This document shows, piece after piece, positions 1 through 9,581 of a stretch of DNA of 64,000 bases. The notes beneath the pieces were generated by a model. The model did not search any database, was not told the DNA's origin, and saw only the letters and a program-made list of their open reading frames with translations. Source of the DNA: Candidatus Hadarchaeota archaeon (GTDB taxonomy: Archaea; CAYQAE01; CAYVLA01); assembly GCA_964621445.1 (NCBI GenBank), contig CAZUNO010000010.1:25456-89455 (forward strand). The letters run 5' to 3'. The position numbers were made by a program, and so were the translations under genes. Each line of letters begins with the position of its first letter. Position 1 is the first letter of the stretch.

Positions 1-2
1 TA

Positions 3-407
3 GACGATTGGAGGAAGCCTGGTGATCATAATCTAATGCAGCAGGAAGTAATCCTGTCAGGAGGATTCGCCGCCTCGGAGGTCCCTCTTTACTCCGACAT
101 TCTCACTGGACACTTGGACTGTCTATTGTGTCCGGAGGACAGTGATTTCCTGTATGCCATAGAGGTCAAATCCTATCCCTCGGACTACAAGGACAAATGG
201 GCGGGCACCGGAAAATGGCGCCTCAACAAGAACCTAGTACAGGTACTTGCATACGCGGAGCTACTTGCCAAGAATACGGGGTGTAAACGGATAGCTGCGG
301 GTATACTTCACACCCAAGGGATATTGCTTTTTGACGCCTCAAAATGGCTTACCCAGGACAGAACCTTGCTCTCGGGGATTAGGAAGCATCTTACCAATGA
401 GGCCTAG
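3..407 (+). CDS. PD-(D/E)XK (RecB-like) nuclease domain protein, 5' end outside window
   Basis: Frame is open from position 3 (DDWRKPGDHNLMQQE...). Motifs GHLDCL, AIEVKS and QVLAYA match RecB-family motifs II, III and QxxxY. Confidence 0.65.
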   Translation, partial: DDWRKPGDHNLMQQEVILSGGFAASEVPLYSDILTGHLDCLLCPEDSDFLYAIEVKSYPSDYKDKWAGTGKWRLNKNLVQVLAYAELLAKNTGCKRIAAGILHTQGILLFDASKWLTQDRTLLSGIRKHLTNEA

Positions 408-1633
408 GCACCGAATTTCTCGGATTTGTTCATGAGGTCCAGAAGGATATTCATCAAATCCATACCCCTTATCCTTCCCAGTCCGCCCCGGGAGCAGCTT
501 CTCTCGCCATATTCCTTGACCCAATCCACCCTAACTCCATTGCCGATTATGGTAACGGGAACCGGGTCGCCAGAGTGATCCATGATCGATACTGGGGTGC
601 TGTGATCGGCGGTAAATACCGTATAGGTCCCCTCGTCGATCTCGGATAGGATGTACTGCACAGCTTCATCTATCCTTTCTATCATGTCAATTTTCCCGGC
701 CGCGTCGCCATCATGACCCGTGAGATCACATCCCTTAATATTCATCATAATGAAATCGTGGTCCGATAGACCATCAAGGGCTGCATCGGCCATGGCGACC
801 GTGTCGGTATCCAGGCCCCCCGTGGATTTGGAAACATGTACCAAATCCAGTCCAGCTACGCTGGCGACCCCGTAGATCAATCCGACTTCGGCAATGACGC
901 CCCCCTTTATGCCGTATTTACCCTCAAAATTGGGAACTTCCTTGAGTTTCCCGGCTCCTCTTGCCAGTATGATGTTGGCGGGAAGAAGGCCCTTCTCCTC
1001 TCTGTCCTGGTTTATATCAACTTCGGGGAACTTTTCATGACTAATTTCAACTAATTTGTTCAGAATCCTTGCGGTTTTCTCGGATTCCGGGTCTCCCCCC
1101 TCCGCCCTGTGAATGTGCTCATCGGTCTGGTGAGGATCAATGTCCGTGACATCCGCTCCCAGACCTTCCCCTCGTAGAATCAAGGCACCTCGATGGGCGA
1201 CAGACTCCTTAAAGATGACCTCAACCCCTTCTATCTCGAGCCCATTGAGCTCCTTTGCCAGTTCCTCAGTTCCCTGCTCGATACGACCGGCTCTTCTGTC
1301 CTTCACCACCATGTCCTCCTCACCAACTGTGGCAAAATTGCACCTGAAGGCCACGTCCCCTGGCTGAACATCCAGACCTATTCCGGCCGCCTCTATAGGA
1401 CCACGACCAGGGTAGAATTCATAGGGGTCGAAACCCAGGTAGGCAAGGTGGGAGGTGTCGCTTCCAGGTCTAACCCCGGGAGCGATAGGGTCCATTATTC
1501 CATTTATCCCCATGGCCGATGCCCTGTCCAAATTGGGGCTTTCCGAAGCCTCCAAAGGGGTCTTTCCTTCCAGTTCGGGAACCGGTCTGTCACCCATCCC
1601 GTCAAATATCAATAACAGTGCCTTGTTGTCCAT
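404..1633 (-). CDS. apgM: 2,3-bisphosphoglycerate-independent phosphoglycerate mutase (archaeal type)
   Basis: IFDGMGDRP, GKTPLE, PGSDTSHL, GRGPIEAAG, GHDGD, TADHSTP, HSGDPVP; ends KFGA. Confidence 0.95.
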   Translation of the reverse strand: MDNKALLLIFDGMGDRPVPELEGKTPLEASESPNLDRASAMGINGIMDPIAPGVRPGSDTSHLAYLGFDPYEFYPGRGPIEAAGIGLDVQPGDVAFRCNFATVGEEDMVVKDRRAGRIEQGTEELAKELNGLEIEGVEVIFKESVAHRGALILRGEGLGADVTDIDPHQTDEHIHRAEGGDPESEKTARILNKLVEISHEKFPEVDINQDREEKGLLPANIILARGAGKLKEVPNFEGKYGIKGGVIAEVGLIYGVASVAGLDLVHVSKSTGGLDTDTVAMADAALDGLSDHDFIMMNIKGCDLTGHDGDAAGKIDMIERIDEAVQYILSEIDEGTYTVFTADHSTPVSIMDHSGDPVPVTIIGNGVRVDWVKEYGERSCSRGGLGRIRGMDLMNILLDLMNKSEKFGA

Positions 1634-1639
1634 AGATCT

Positions 1640-2347
1640 CTACCTCAATTCAATTTTGATTTCCTTTCCTTCCCCGCCTTTAAGACTGCTGGTCAGCCCC
1701 CTCACAGTGCTCTCCACAATATCCTGTACGAAAGGAGAAAGTGTTATCATCTTCCCGTCCACCTGTAGGGTTACCCTATCCGTAAGCTGAGCGCACTCTT
1801 CATCTTTTGAAGTTCCTTCAAATATCTCGCTTGCTAGCTCGCTGCAACTACGGCGGCCGCATCTCCTGCAATTTTCGTTTGGTAATTTACGAAAGGCCCG
1901 GGACTCGATGGCTGAATATAGTTCCTCGGAATCCTCAATGAAAATTGCCCCCTTCTCCTCGGCCAGTTCGCTTAGTTCCTCATTGCCGGTTACTATGAAG
2001 GTAAATTTATCTATCAATTCCAGGTCCTTCTCCTCCTGGGCCACAAGAACCTTGAGGAATCCTTTCATTTTTTTGAACCCTTCCAGTACGGCATAATCAC
2101 ATCCCTGCAACTCCCCCCAGAGTTCACCATCCTGCTCCAGTATGTGATAGACATTGGGGTCCACCCCCACTACCCTGCTGGCCCCCATGGCGAAATGTCG
2201 TTCGGTATCCTTATCTGGATTTATTTCATGAGAGGAGTGCTTGGCCGTATTGACTCTATAACCGGCCTCCCTGAGGTGCTTAATAAGGTCCTCGACCACC
2301 GATGTTTTTCCAGCGTTCTTATACCCGATGATGCCGACCACTTTCAT
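1640..2347 (-). CDS. mobB: Molybdopterin-guanine dinucleotide biosynthesis protein B with C-terminal Fe-S domain
   Basis: P-loop GYKNAGKT, AKH, VLEGFK, CRRCGRRSC...C Fe-S motif, terminal VDGK..LSPFVQ domain. Confidence 0.88.
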   Translation of the reverse strand: MKVVGIIGYKNAGKTSVVEDLIKHLREAGYRVNTAKHSSHEINPDKDTERHFAMGASRVVGVDPNVYHILEQDGELWGELQGCDYAVLEGFKKMKGFLKVLVAQEEKDLELIDKFTFIVTGNEELSELAEEKGAIFIEDSEELYSAIESRAFRKLPNENCRRCGRRSCSELASEIFEGTSKDEECAQLTDRVTLQVDGKMITLSPFVQDIVESTVRGLTSSLKGGEGKEIKIELR

Positions 2348-2844
2348 TTCAAAACCTCCGAGAATGCGGACCTTATTTTCCCAAGATATTTTTCGGGGTC
2401 CTCGATCATTATTCTACCCTTGCCAATAATGTCTATGAATCCTAACTCGCTTTCAAATCTTGGAACAATATGGGCGTGGAGATGTTTGATGCTGGCTCCG
2501 GAAACCTTCCCAATGTTAAAACCGATGTTGAAACCGCCCGGGCTATATGCACGTTTGAGCGCCTCGGTCGCAAGGTTCATGGCTGATAGTAGGTCCTTTT
2601 CCTCCTTTTCCTCTAGATCCGATAGCTCAGTGAGGTGCCTAAATGGGAAAACCATCAGGTGTCCGGGGTTGTAGGGATACAGGTTCAAAACGGCCATACA
2701 GCTATCGCCCCGCCAGACTTCAAGCTTTCTAACCTCAGGGTCCTCATCTGCGATTGAGCATAGAATGCAGTTGACCTTTGGTCTTTCTCCGCCCTTAACA
2801 TAACCTGCTTTACTCGGAACCCACAGATAGGAATCGAAGTTCAC
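2344..2844 (-). CDS. HIT family hydrolase
   Basis: CILC, NLYPYNPGHLMV, GFNIGFNIG, HLHAHIVPR histidine triad. Confidence 0.93.
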   Translation of the reverse strand: MNFDSYLWVPSKAGYVKGGERPKVNCILCSIADEDPEVRKLEVWRGDSCMAVLNLYPYNPGHLMVFPFRHLTELSDLEEKEEKDLLSAMNLATEALKRAYSPGGFNIGFNIGKVSGASIKHLHAHIVPRFESELGFIDIIGKGRIMIEDPEKYLGKIRSAFSEVLK

Positions 2845-2970
2845 CTACTCGCCTCTTTTCTCCGGTGATCTACTACTACCTGGCGGGTGAAACCTTGAAA
2901 AATGACACCACCAATCTTTGAATTGGTCAAAGAATTAAATCATCCCACCCAAACAAGGAGGGGTAAGATA

Positions 2971-3675
2971 TTGACTGAGCTCCTATACTTCCATGATTGC
3001 TATCTCTCAGAATTCAAGGCTAGTGTAGAAGGTAAGTCGTCCAGAGGAATAGTTTTGGATAGAACGGCCTTTTACCCTGCTGGTGGGGGACAGCCCTGTG
3101 ATACCGGGATAATGAATACCTCAGAGAGGAGCTACACCGTTGAGAAGGTGAAGAAACAGGGCTCTGACGTGGTCCACATCCTATCCGGTTCCGGACCCGA
3201 AGTGGGGGAATCAGTCCAGTGTAGGCTGGACTGGGAAAGAAGATATTCCCATATGAAATATCACACGGCGCAACATCTGCTATCGGCGTATTTTCTTTCG
3301 AAGCACGGGGCTGGGACAGTAGGTAATAGTAGACATGACCAGGGGGCAACTATAGATTTTGCAGTGACCAAGCTTCAGGATTCGGAGATCAAAGCTGTGG
3401 AGGACCGGATAAATATCTGGATAGAGGAGGCAAATCCAGTGGAGATATTCATGTTGCCTCGAGAAGATGCCCTGGATAGATTGGACCCCAGGAGAACGAG
3501 AATAGAATTGCTCCCGAAATCCGTACGCAGTTTAAGGATTGTCAGAATAGCCGATATTGACGAAGTTGCCTGTGCAGGTACCCATGTTAGAAACACACGG
3601 GAGCTGGGTTGTTTTAATATAGAGAAGTTTGGGCAGCGGAGAAATGGACTAAGAGTAGAGTTTACCCTGGCCTGA
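2971..3675 (+). CDS. alaXM: Alanyl-tRNA editing protein AlaX-M (copy 1); TTG start preferred over 2902
   Basis: TELLYFHD, LDRTAFYPAGGGQPCDTG, HTAQHLL, ACAGTHV zinc motif. Confidence 0.9.
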   Translation: MTELLYFHDCYLSEFKASVEGKSSRGIVLDRTAFYPAGGGQPCDTGIMNTSERSYTVEKVKKQGSDVVHILSGSGPEVGESVQCRLDWERRYSHMKYHTAQHLLSAYFLSKHGAGTVGNSRHDQGATIDFAVTKLQDSEIKAVEDRINIWIEEANPVEIFMLPREDALDRLDPRRTRIELLPKSVRSLRIVRIADIDEVACAGTHVRNTRELGCFNIEKFGQRRNGLRVEFTLA

Positions 3676-3687
3676 TTTGGTGTTGGA

Positions 3688-4650
3688 ATGAGTAGACCGC
3701 AGATCATGAGGAGGGTGCCAACCCTTACCGATTCGTTCTTTCTATCCTTTGTGTTCTTCCTGCTATCCGATATTCACCAGATTGTAAGAGACCCCAGCAT
3801 TGAAAACCTGTTGAGGATACTCACTTCCTTACAGTTCACGGCGAGATCGCCCTTCGACTACCCTGCTTTTCTATTCCTATCCCTGGTAATAATCAACCTC
3901 ATAGCGATCCTTATTGCTCGCCTAAGGTCCCCAGAGCCAAAGCTATTTGTTACGAACATACCTTTGGGCCAGGGACAGGTCTCATTGGCAATTGCGGAGG
4001 CGGAGGCTTTGCATTTGGGGAATACACTGGAGGACAAAGCTGATAAGCTCTCTATCGCGGTGCCAATTTCTCCCAAAATAATTGATTCCGAGGTCGGTGA
4101 ATATCCAGAAGGGAGAAACGAAATGTTACGAAAAATGGTATCCGATGCCATCCAAGGATCAGATCCTCCCCGTGCAAAAATACATGAGTCAATCATGACC
4201 GATCTGCTGCTAAGCTTGTCGAACCGGCTTGGAATAAAAATTGGGGGCATGTACCATCCTCTTCAGGATAAGATATCCATTAGCCCATTTCTTGGCCCGA
4301 TAACCAGGGGATACGTTTATGCGCACGAACTTTTTCATTCCGCGGGGTTGGGAGAGGTATGGGCGGAAATTGGAGCCATCCAGGTATGCCTTTCATTTTC
4401 GGACCAACATAGGGGATACTATGAAATATTTGGGTTATATCTCCTCGTCAGATCAATCGCGAGCTATCTCTCACAACAGGGGGGATTAGAGAAAATAAAG
4501 GATAATATCCCAATTGCAATCGGCAATTCAGAAGGTCTTGGAGAAAAGCTGATTTACGGCAGAAAGACCCGCCTTGAAAGTGATGTATACCTGACGGTCA
4601 AGAAAACCGATCGTCTAATCCGCGGAAGTCGAAACATTCAGGGAGGATAG
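3688..4650 (+). CDS. Membrane protein with HExxH zincin-like motif (putative metallopeptidase)
   Basis: Two N-terminal hydrophobic segments; GGMYHP...AHELFHSAGLGEVWAE. Confidence 0.55.
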   Translation: MSRPQIMRRVPTLTDSFFLSFVFFLLSDIHQIVRDPSIENLLRILTSLQFTARSPFDYPAFLFLSLVIINLIAILIARLRSPEPKLFVTNIPLGQGQVSLAIAEAEALHLGNTLEDKADKLSIAVPISPKIIDSEVGEYPEGRNEMLRKMVSDAIQGSDPPRAKIHESIMTDLLLSLSNRLGIKIGGMYHPLQDKISISPFLGPITRGYVYAHELFHSAGLGEVWAEIGAIQVCLSFSDQHRGYYEIFGLYLLVRSIASYLSQQGGLEKIKDNIPIAIGNSEGLGEKLIYGRKTRLESDVYLTVKKTDRLIRGSRNIQGG

Positions 4651-6977
4651 ATTTTAACCTGATAGACCCTGGCCGGCCAGCCTTCTTCTATGGTGGAGAG
4701 CACGGTCAATTTCAGCTTTGAGGTGGAGATCTTGTCGAATTTATGGATCCTGAACCTCTTGTAGTTATCTTCAACCGAAAATAGCTCACACCAGTCATCA
4801 TTACCAAGATACTCCATAAGGTAGGATGAAACGCACATACCTGGGGCCTCTCTTTCGGGATGGTTGAAGGGCATGTCTCTGAATGCTCTGTATAGGGTGT
4901 CAAATGTCAGATGTAACTCCGCAATGTTAACCTGTTTCGGGAATTCAAAGGTCAAATCCTGGGGTAATGGTTCACCTCTCTCTGAAATCCACATGTTGAC
5001 CGGATTGGTGCAAAAGCGCCTTGAAAAACCATTCACCACATTGCTCGCCTCCCCGTAAACCGGTTGGGGAGAGATCTTAAACAGGGGCACCTCCGGCCCC
5101 GTTAGGTAGGTTTCGGATTTCTCGTCGGTCCAACATCCAAAGGCTACATCCATACTTGCGTTTTCTTGACCCCAATAAAGACCATTGGCAGGGGGTATGC
5201 ATAACACCATCCTCTCCTCATCGGATAGGGGGTCTCTATCCGGAAGATCGATCCCATGGAAATCTATCTCGGTCCATCCCTGCCATTCTGGGGGAACGGT
5301 GGTCTCGGAAAAGGAAAGTTTCTGGAATTTCTTAATTCGGTTATCCCCGCCCCATGACATGCGGTTGGATTGTCCTTCTATATGCCCGGGTTGGATATTC
5401 TCATCCTTATTTTTCCACTTTTTATCGGCCTTGAAGAATTCCAATCGGGCCGGAATGGATATCTCCCTTGAGGTGTCATTTCTGAGATAGATCATGATTC
5501 GATTAAGATGTCGGGGCCAGTCCCAAAACATCAAGCCCCTAGTACGGTCGAGGGGGAGCCATTCATCCAATCTACTTGAATCGAATTTTTGCTCACTACT
5601 TGCACTGATCTTAGATCTCCTGGCGAGGTCGTTTTCATCCCGGTTAGGTGTTCCAAGCAGCGTTGCATCGTTTCTAAGAAGCAGCTGTTTTAGTTCTCGG
5701 ATATGTTTCTCGTATATTTCCCGGGGGCTGCAGCTGTACCTCTTGCATAGCCAGGCGGCGGCACCAACTGCCTGCCCACCGGTGGCCAGCGTCTTCTGGA
5801 GTCTCACCGTTCCCAAAGCGATGTGGCTTACGCTGATTAGCCTCCCCGCCAGGAATAGGTTATCCAGGTCTCTTGAGTATAGACATCTAAATGGTATGCT
5901 GTAGAGACGTGGAACTGAGTGAAAATTGACTTTTGCCTGGTGGCCGACCGGGTCGTGGACATCAACGGCATATCCGCCGTATCCAACCTCGTCCTCGAAA
6001 ATGCGCCCTGACTCCACATCTCTTTGATTTAGTGTATAGTCCCCGATGAATCTTCTGCTCTCCCTCTTCCCGGCCTTGGGGCTAACCCATACCAGTTCCC
6101 AGTTTCTGGACTCCTCCGGATGGGCCTCGTTCTTGATATGATTCCAAACGCTGTACAGCTGGCCGATCAGTCTATCATAGATCTGGTGATCGTCGGAAAT
6201 GGTGTTAAGTTCGCCTCCAGTTTCCGTGTGGTAAAGGAAACAGAGATCCGCATCTGGATTCCATGCTGCATGGGCGTTTACGCAGTCGGTGACAACCTCT
6301 TCTCGACCGTAACCGTACCCCACCTCGAATGGCGGGGTTCCTGGAGGAGGAACGAATTTGACGGGGTGATCGGTTTTCCGGACTAGAGCGGTGACGCTGG
6401 TCCCCATAGTTTTGTCGTCGGCCCTTTGGGGCGCGCTCCTCTCATCGAAATGAGCTGACTTCTCCCGACCCATTCTAAATTTGGCCCCCGCAGAAGCCGC
6501 GATATGGCCATCGCCGGAGGCGTCAATGACCGCCACACCTACTTTGATTGAGAGGGTGTTGAAGGTGGCCATGTCCTCTGCCAAGACCTCCGTTATCTCC
6601 TGCCCATTGGTTTTTGCCTCACGGGCATAGGTTCTGCGAAAAACTTTAACCCCCGCCTCCCGCAACATCACTTCAAGCAGGGTATCCCATTGCCTAGCGA
6701 TGTTGTAGTGATAACCATGGGTAAACAATTTGACATTAAGGCGTGCTGCCTCCTCCTCGATTTCATTGATAATACCCGTTTCCGAGGCAAAGGGATGAAA
6801 GCTATGGGCCCCCGAGATGTGAACCCCTAGATTGGGACTCGAGTTTCCGCCCAAGACATCGTCCTTCTCCAGTAGGGTTACCGAGCATCCAAGACGCCCG
6901 GCCTGTATAGCGGAACATATACCCGCCATGCCCGACCCTATAACGACGACATCTGCTTTATCTCGAATAGCATTCAT
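4638..6977 (-). CDS. FAD-dependent oxidoreductase (FAD_oxidored type) with C-terminal discoidin-like beta domains
   Basis: GSGMAG Rossmann motif, LGGNSS, DASGDG, RESRRFIGDY, YSIPFRCLYS, LFLAGR. Confidence 0.85.
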   Translation of the reverse strand: MNAIRDKADVVVIGSGMAGICSAIQAGRLGCSVTLLEKDDVLGGNSSPNLGVHISGAHSFHPFASETGIINEIEEEAARLNVKLFTHGYHYNIARQWDTLLEVMLREAGVKVFRRTYAREAKTNGQEITEVLAEDMATFNTLSIKVGVAVIDASGDGHIAASAGAKFRMGREKSAHFDERSAPQRADDKTMGTSVTALVRKTDHPVKFVPPPGTPPFEVGYGYGREEVVTDCVNAHAAWNPDADLCFLYHTETGGELNTISDDHQIYDRLIGQLYSVWNHIKNEAHPEESRNWELVWVSPKAGKRESRRFIGDYTLNQRDVESGRIFEDEVGYGGYAVDVHDPVGHQAKVNFHSVPRLYSIPFRCLYSRDLDNLFLAGRLISVSHIALGTVRLQKTLATGGQAVGAAAWLCKRYSCSPREIYEKHIRELKQLLLRNDATLLGTPNRDENDLARRSKISASSEQKFDSSRLDEWLPLDRTRGLMFWDWPRHLNRIMIYLRNDTSREISIPARLEFFKADKKWKNKDENIQPGHIEGQSNRMSWGGDNRIKKFQKLSFSETTVPPEWQGWTEIDFHGIDLPDRDPLSDEERMVLCIPPANGLYWGQENASMDVAFGCWTDEKSETYLTGPEVPLFKISPQPVYGEASNVVNGFSRRFCTNPVNMWISERGEPLPQDLTFEFPKQVNIAELHLTFDTLYRAFRDMPFNHPEREAPGMCVSSYLMEYLGNDDWCELFSVEDNYKRFRIHKFDKISTSKLKLTVLSTIEEGWPARVYQVKIYPP

Positions 6978-6979
6978 AC

Positions 6980-7330
6980 TTATCCCTTGGATACGGCGTC
7001 TTTGTTCCCTTTGGTTTCTTTGACCTGGCCGGGGGTCAGATTCTCGATCTTGCTTGTTCTCATGTCTATGGAGTATTCAAGGAAGACTCCGCAATCCCTG
7101 GTCTTCCAGTTATGTTTACCAAATCGGGTGAGGGCTAAGCCATCTTTCATATGGAAGGTCATTCCACAGGCATAACAGCAGAATCCATCGCTGTAGAATA
7201 GCATTGGTGCATCACACTTTGGGCAGGATAAGCTCTGTCTTGGACTATTTAGTGAATGGATAAGGAGTATATTCCCACTTTTGTCCCAATAAAGATACCA
7301 GTTATCCTCGGGTAAAACGCTTGGATCCAA
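6980..7330 (-). CDS. Hypothetical zinc-ribbon protein
   Basis: CPKC...CYAC; tightly packed between sfsA and the oxidoreductase on the same strand. Confidence 0.6.
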   Translation of the reverse strand: MDPSVLPEDNWYLYWDKSGNILLIHSLNSPRQSLSCPKCDAPMLFYSDGFCCYACGMTFHMKDGLALTRFGKHNWKTRDCGVFLEYSIDMRTSKIENLTPGQVKETKGNKDAVSKG

Positions 7331-7362
7331 ATGGTCTCTCCACCAAATCTATGTTTTTCCAC

Positions 7363-8082
7363 CTAGTCCTTTTTCCTCAGTCCGGGCTCCAACTTAACCG
7401 TTTCCTGCAAGGTCACAGACCTTCTGTTTACCTGGCAATTATAGGCCTGAACGATTACCCCGCTGGAAGCTGCGGAGTACAGCGCATCGGTGAAATCGGG
7501 ATCCATTTCCGAGTTGGGTTTAAAACTGGATGCATCTGATCTCTGGATAACGAATAGTAAGTAGCTTTTGTATCCATTACTTGCCGCCTGTTCAAGATGA
7601 CGAAGATGCCTGGTACCTCTCTTTGTGGGGGCGTCCGGGAATAACGCTTGACCATTTTCCACTAGAGTACAGGATTTAACCTCTAACAGGCAATCCCTTC
7701 CATTTCTAAGCAGGAAATCAAAGCGGCTATTCCCGAAGGGAATTTCACGCCTAAGGAATTCATAGCTGACGAATTCCGGTATATAGCTTTCTTCAAGGGC
7801 CTTTTGCACCAGAGCATTGGGCAATCTGCTATCAATGGAAACGGGCACATTCCCATCAAAGGCTAGAACCAGGTCATAATTGGTCTTTCTCAGCTTACCG
7901 TCAACATTCCTCAGCATCACCTGACAGCCCGGGTAAAGCAATTCCTCCATCCGGCCAGGATTGGGAACATGGCAATACACGAGTCCGAAACTAGTTTGAA
8001 CTTTAGCAAGAAATCTGTTGACCCTTTCTTTGAGAATGCCTGAGGATGATATATCTAGGGAAATTTTTGGGGGCATTTTCAA
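7363..8082 (-). CDS. sfsA: DNA/RNA nuclease SfsA
   Basis: RVNRF, HVPNPGRMEELL, SRFDFLL, EVKSCTL, FPDAPTKRG.RHL. Confidence 0.95.
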   Translation of the reverse strand: MKMPPKISLDISSSGILKERVNRFLAKVQTSFGLVYCHVPNPGRMEELLYPGCQVMLRNVDGKLRKTNYDLVLAFDGNVPVSIDSRLPNALVQKALEESYIPEFVSYEFLRREIPFGNSRFDFLLRNGRDCLLEVKSCTLVENGQALFPDAPTKRGTRHLRHLEQAASNGYKSYLLFVIQRSDASSFKPNSEMDPDFTDALYSAASSGVIVQAYNCQVNRRSVTLQETVKLEPGLRKKD

Positions 8083-8230
8083 CTCCGATAGCTTACAGTA
8101 TATCTTAGAGACATGCGCAGTAAAGAATTGTACTGGAGACGGCGTGATTTCCTTAAGGTGTAGGAGTTGCTTCGGTTATTTGACTTAGGTTGATAGATTA
8201 CCAGCTTCAAAAGGGCAGCGCCATGTTACC

Positions 8231-9487
8231 CTAGGATAGCCGCGTCACGTCGACCTCGCGATACACGCTTCTTCGTACCATCAGGTTCCAGATCACCACT
8301 CCGCATATGAGGAAGGTTCCGCTGACGGTCAACCATTCTATGAAGTAGACCCAAGCGAGAGCCGAATTCTTGAGATCCAACAGGTCGTCCTCTAGATCCC
8401 AAAGGCCATCTAGAATGACATCCATCCTTCCATATGAGTCATCGAAATCCCCGTTTAGATACTCATTATCGGCTTTACTCTTCTTTTCCTCGATTTCTCC
8501 GAGATGGGAATAGATTTCAACCGTGTTGGCTCCGAATTTTTCCGTGAATTCGGCCATGGAGTACATTGAGGACTTGTCTATTTGGTATTGACGAAATAGA
8601 GTTCGTAGGGCATGAACCCTAAGGGCATCCTCTGGAAGTTCCCGGTTGGTTGCGTGCCAGACCACATTGGCGATTATGTCCATTGAATAGGGGTTTCTAT
8701 CCATCCTCCAGAAAGGTTCGATTACCATGTCCATGGCGGTAAAGGTAGTTGCATTCTCATAGTTCCATTCGAATAGATGTGCTACATAGCCTGGGAATGG
8801 ATTACCAACGCTTTTCAACTTACTTTTAACCCAGGTGTGTATGGTTGACCCTGGACGGGGGATGGTCAGAACGCCCCTGTAGGTGGTAAATTCCTCCTCA
8901 ATGTATTCCTGAAAAGGCCTAACGACTGCGGGGAGGCTTTGTTCGTCATTAACTATCAGGGGACCGGTGGGGAAGGACATCCCTCCTGCTTGATAGATGG
9001 AACTACCGACCACGGCCGGAACATCATTGGGAAATACTTTGGAAACCATGCTGTTCAGCCAGGGCCCTGACCAGGCCGTACTCATGCTCTGGACGCTCCT
9101 GGTGTTCATGCCCCCCAATCCCTCCTTGGCAATCGCGTCGTGCATCCATTTTACCTGCTTGTTGGTAAAAAAAGTCATATCTATTGAGGCCAGGAGGACG
9201 AAGTCGTAATTCTTCATTTCATCATAGGTTCTGGGGAAGTAAATTCGTATCATCTGAGTGACTTCGGACCCGCTTACCCCTCCAAAATCTCTGGCAGGGA
9301 TGACCATGCCGCCGAATGAAGGCTCACTAAGCAGCCATCCTCTGATAACGCCCATCCGAGATTCTCCCGCTTTACAGGTAGCAATCAATTTAGCTGGTTC
9401 TGAGGAGTTCCCCCCCACAGCCGAAGGTAGAATGAGCGCGAAAATTATGGTAATCATGATAAAGATTAGGATAGGACGGAGATTCAA
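8231..9487 (-). CDS. Secreted, C-terminally membrane-anchored protein with GATase1/DUF1355-like ectodomain (paralog 1 of 4)
   Basis: Signal peptide; RIYFPRT..YDF; FGANT helical region; ALAWVYFIEW-TM-LMVRRSVYREVDVTRL tail. Confidence 0.75.
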   Translation of the reverse strand: MNLRPILIFIMITIIFALILPSAVGGNSSEPAKLIATCKAGESRMGVIRGWLLSEPSFGGMVIPARDFGGVSGSEVTQMIRIYFPRTYDEMKNYDFVLLASIDMTFFTNKQVKWMHDAIAKEGLGGMNTRSVQSMSTAWSGPWLNSMVSKVFPNDVPAVVGSSIYQAGGMSFPTGPLIVNDEQSLPAVVRPFQEYIEEEFTTYRGVLTIPRPGSTIHTWVKSKLKSVGNPFPGYVAHLFEWNYENATTFTAMDMVIEPFWRMDRNPYSMDIIANVVWHATNRELPEDALRVHALRTLFRQYQIDKSSMYSMAEFTEKFGANTVEIYSHLGEIEEKKSKADNEYLNGDFDDSYGRMDVILDGLWDLEDDLLDLKNSALAWVYFIEWLTVSGTFLICGVVIWNLMVRRSVYREVDVTRLS

Positions 9488-9581
9488 TTTCAGCCACCAG
9501 CCGGGGTTCTCTCAGCGGGCTTCGGAAAGTTGGCTTTATCCTTAATAATATTACATTAGTAAGGAGTAGGAGATATGAGGA

